Shown here in pieces: positions 60,560-64,000 of a stretch of DNA of 64,000 nucleotides; the stretch's first letter is position 1; every line of letters starts with the position of its first letter. Location: assembly GCF_009914755.1 (NCBI RefSeq), contig NC_060927.1, one strand, 5' to 3'. The notes under the pieces are model-generated. The model was not told the origin of the DNA and did not search any database. It saw only the letters and a list, made by a program, of their open reading frames with translations. This DNA is from the human T2T-CHM13v2.0 reference genome, Homo sapiens. Both the position numbers and the translations under genes were made by a program.

Positions 60560-61020
60560 GCAAGAGCAAATCTGTGAGTGGAGCCGAGGTTTCCTCGCTC
60601 ATAGCTGGGTACTGCTTCTTCTGCACAGTTGGTCCGTTTTACAACCAAACTCTGTCTCCTCTGCTCTTGACGTCAGTTACTGCCTGGGTCAAGAGTGACT
60701 CTCTGACAGCAAAGATGGCAACTGCCTCACGTAGGCTGGGATGCCCCATGGACAGCTGTAAGTCACACTGCAAAGGGCATGAGTCACCTGCATTCTTGCC
60801 CCTCTGCTACACGTGCTTCCTTCACTCAGCCCCTCTGAACACTGGTGTCCACAGTGCCAGTTGGGAGGTGGTGCTGCCAGCTGGGGCTGACCGCAGGGTC
60901 CTCAGGCACCCTCCAGCCTGGTGACTGAGATGCCATCTGGCACTCCCGACAGCTGCAGGGCCTCCAGCCTGACCCAGGAAGCAGGAGAATGGGAACACGA
61001 CGTTAACAGGTGGGGGAAAG
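60560..61020. promoter_or_regulatory. Candidate enhancer with CRE, AP-1 and E-box motifs
   Basis: TGACGTCA (60668-60675), TGAGTCA (~60780) and CACGTG (~60810) in locally GC-richer unique sequence. Motif evidence only. Confidence 0.3.
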
Positions 61021-62720
61021 ATTTCCCACCTCTGATCCAAGCACCATCACTTCCTAGATACAAGTTACTCATCCTCTCCAGGCCTCTGTTTCATCAGCTT
61101 CAGAATGGAGAGAATAAACAGTTCTGAGAGTGATCATGATTCCTCAATCCTGAGTTTCCTTAGCCTGTGATTCCTATACATTCAAAGAAGAGGTCTGAGA
61201 CCCTGATCCCCAAACAGGAAAACTGCCAATGGGGAGACATTGGTAGAGATGAAGAAGGGGCAAGAGATGTCAAAGGGAAAGCAATCTGATGTAGCAGCCT
61301 ACTGGGAGAATGACATGAGTTAAGATAGGTCAAGAATGTGGTCAGTGGTCAAAATTATTTACAATAACAGTGGTGAGGAGAGCATCTGTCCTTGAGTCTT
61401 GCTCTATTTCTGCCACACTGCCCTAAGTCAGGCCTTTGTTTTGTCACTCCCGTAATCCTGCAGTAAACTTCAGTGTGGTGTCCTGGTCATCAATGTCTTC
61501 CCACTCCAACCTAATCTGCCTACTGCTGTTAGAGGAATTTTCCTAAAACACAGCTGTGTCACGTGTACTTTTCCTATTCAAAATCCTTCAGTGGCTTCCT
61601 ACAATCTCCTGAGTTAGGTACAAATCACTCACCCTGGCAGTCAAGCCTCTCCATAAATTAAGCCCCAACCTATCTTTCTCACTGTATTCCAACTACCCCC
61701 TGACACTTGTGGAATGCTTCAGGAAACCTGCTCTTCACTGCCCTCCAAATAGGTGCTAGCTGTCTGTCCCTTGCTGACAGCAATTAAGATAGTACAGTAG
61801 TAAGAGATGGTACAGTAGTCGTAGATGGTAGAGTAGTAGTTAAGAGATCAGGTTCTGGGTCCAGAAAGCCTGAGTTTGAGTAGCTGTGTGGCTTTGGACA
61901 AGTTGCATGGCTTCTCTGAGCTTCAGTTTCCTCATCTGTAAACAAGAATTTAATAATGGCGCCTCCTATAGGGAAGGTTGTGAAGATAAAAGATGTAAAG
62001 CAATTGGTGAACAGTGAATACTCAATAAATATTTCTCATGATTTAATCATTAATTTCTTACACTGACTATGTCCTCTTCATCCGATGCCCATGCCTGTCT
62101 CTGTTAACAGCTCCCTGCCAGACTAATGAGCCCCTCCCCATTCCTCATCCTTCACACACCTTTTGAGACACTCCCTTCTTTCCCCTTTACAGTGTAGTAA
62201 CTTGATTAGGCTTATTTTCCTACCCAACTGCAAAGTTCTTGAAGGCAGGGAGGAGCCTGTCTCCCACAGGTCTCTATATCTTTCTCAGGATCTAGAACAG
62301 CACCCAGCACCTAGAAGGTCTCAGTAAGGATGTGTTCGGTGAAAGAATAAAGGAAAGAAATCACAGAAGGCTCAATAAGGAATGAAAGCATGGATAAGTC
62401 AAGTTTGAGGGGCATCCTGAAAACCTGGGGGTAGGGTGCCACTTCCCAAAATGGGGGACACGGCTGGGCTGAGCGAGGGCTCTGCTTTAGGGTGCCCCTT
62501 TCCTCATGGGACAAAGCCCAGCTTGGAGCAGTTTTCTCTATCCAGGGCCCTGCTGTGCTGGAGCAGGTGTGATAGAAAAGCCCTGGATGAAGTGGGGGTG
62601 GGATAGAAAATAGGGGGAGGGGCTGTCAGCGAGTGGGCTCTATTCCAGTTTGCCTCTAAGTTGCTGAGGCACCTTGGAAGAGTCACCTGTCCTGGCATCT
62701 AAAAGGGAAGCTGGGCCAGA

Positions 62721-63199
62721 GTAGTGGTTCTTAATGTTGGTCCCAAGAAAGCAACATTGTAATCCCATGACAGCCTATTAAAAGTATAGAATATTAGGCT
62801 GGGTGTGGTAGCTCATGCTTGTAATCCCAGCACTTTAGGAGGCTGAGGTGGGCTTGAGTTTAGGAGTTAGAGACATAGGCAGCATAGCAAGACCTTGTCT
62901 CTACAAAAGAGAGAAAAATTAGCCAGGTGTGGTGGCACATACCTGTAGTCCCAGCCTCTTGGGAGGCTCAGGTGTGAGGATTGCTTGAGCCCAGGAGGTC
63001 AATGCTGCAGTGAGCAGTGATTGGGTCACTATACTCCAGCCTAGGCAACAGAGTGAGAACCTATCTCAAAAAAACAAAAACATAAAAATGAAATATCAGC
63101 AATAATGAATCAGCAAGTCTGGGGAGAGGCGCAGCCATCTGTGTTTTATATCTAGCCCTCCAGAAGATTCTGAGGCACACTCAAGTTCGAGAACCACTG
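62721..63199. mobile_element. MER5A hAT MITE split by an AluJ
   Basis: Left part 'tagtggttcttaatgttggtccc'; right part 'tgaatcagcaagtctgggg...atctgtgtttt...gccctccagaagattctgagg...gagaaccactg'. Confidence 0.8.
62797..63085 (+). mobile_element. AluJ
   Basis: 'ggctgggtgtggtagctcatgcttgtaatcccagc...ggattgcttgagcccaggaggtc' plus A-rich tail. Confidence 0.9.
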
Positions 63200-64000
63200 G
63201 GCTAGACCCATGGGGGCTTTCCAGGTTGTTTCCATTTTTGTTTGCTCCGATTTTTTCCAGTGAAATCTTAGGAAAGTGCCCAGTATGTAAGGTACATTAA
63301 AGTAGAGTCCCTCTGGTTGAGGGAGGGGCAAGGCCCCCCCCACTCTGACTCTTCCTCGCCATGCACACTCTGCTCAGTAAGAATCCCTGGTTGGAAAGTT
63401 CTCAAGGCGGCCAAAGAGCATAGATTTGTGGGGCTTGTCAAACCTGGCACTGCTGGTGGGATGAGCCTCCGAGAAAGCACCCCTGCATTGGCATCCTGGT
63501 CAGTGCCCCCAGCAGACTCTGCTGTGTATCCAGGGGACCTGGCACTGAAGCCCCAGATAGCCCTGTGTGAAGAAGGTGGCTGGGGCTCCACAGTGCCCTC
63601 CACGTAGGCTTCCTGAAACAGGGCAAGGCAGCCCGCTGAACCACATTTGTGGATGTGAGGGAGGAGCTGCCCTGCGTTTTGGGAGGCAGCAGTCACACTT
63701 CATTTTCACTCTGGCTGCTTTTGGAGACAATATGGCACCACTCAGATTTTTATATCCTCTTTTTCATGAAGCACAGCAGATCGTGTGAAGCAGTCAAGAG
63801 GCCTGCGGAAATATTCATCTGGACCCACAAATTCACTCTCTCAGCCTCTCCCACTCCTGCCTATGTGGACCGATGAGTCACTTGAATTTCTTTTTCATTT
63901 CTCTTTCTGAAGTGAAGATGATGGGGAGGAGAAACCTGAGGGCTGGGGGATGGGATGTTGGGGAAACCCATGGGTAGACAGCTTCATAGAAGAGGCCACA

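Overview
This is primate (probably human or ape) non-coding genomic DNA, intronic or intergenic. I cannot identify the locus or a host gene. It has no supportable protein-coding gene, no structural RNA gene and no CpG island. The ORF-track entries are Alu-derived, L1-derived, low-complexity or chance frames. The window is a mosaic of repeats: 15 Alus (J, S and Y types; 11 minus, 4 plus), two primate L1 3' fragments, many MIR/L2/L1M relics, MaLR/ERVL LTRs, an LTR12C remnant, DNA transposons (Tigger4, Tigger2, MER63, MER58, MER20, MER5) and several micro/minisatellites. The most unusual structures are four. (1) Two short, ~96%-identical dispersed copies of part of one ancient MLT1 LTR, one with patchwork junctions suggesting templated insertion. 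(2) A 187-bp LTR12C remnant that still has a 4-bp flanking duplication. (3) A 48-bp A-tailed, TSD-flanked mini-insertion inside an L1. (4) An IRF/ISRE+CRE+AP-1 motif cluster. There are also candidate non-coding exons. Repeat subfamily calls come from recalled consensus sequences and need RepeatMasker/Dfam confirmation.
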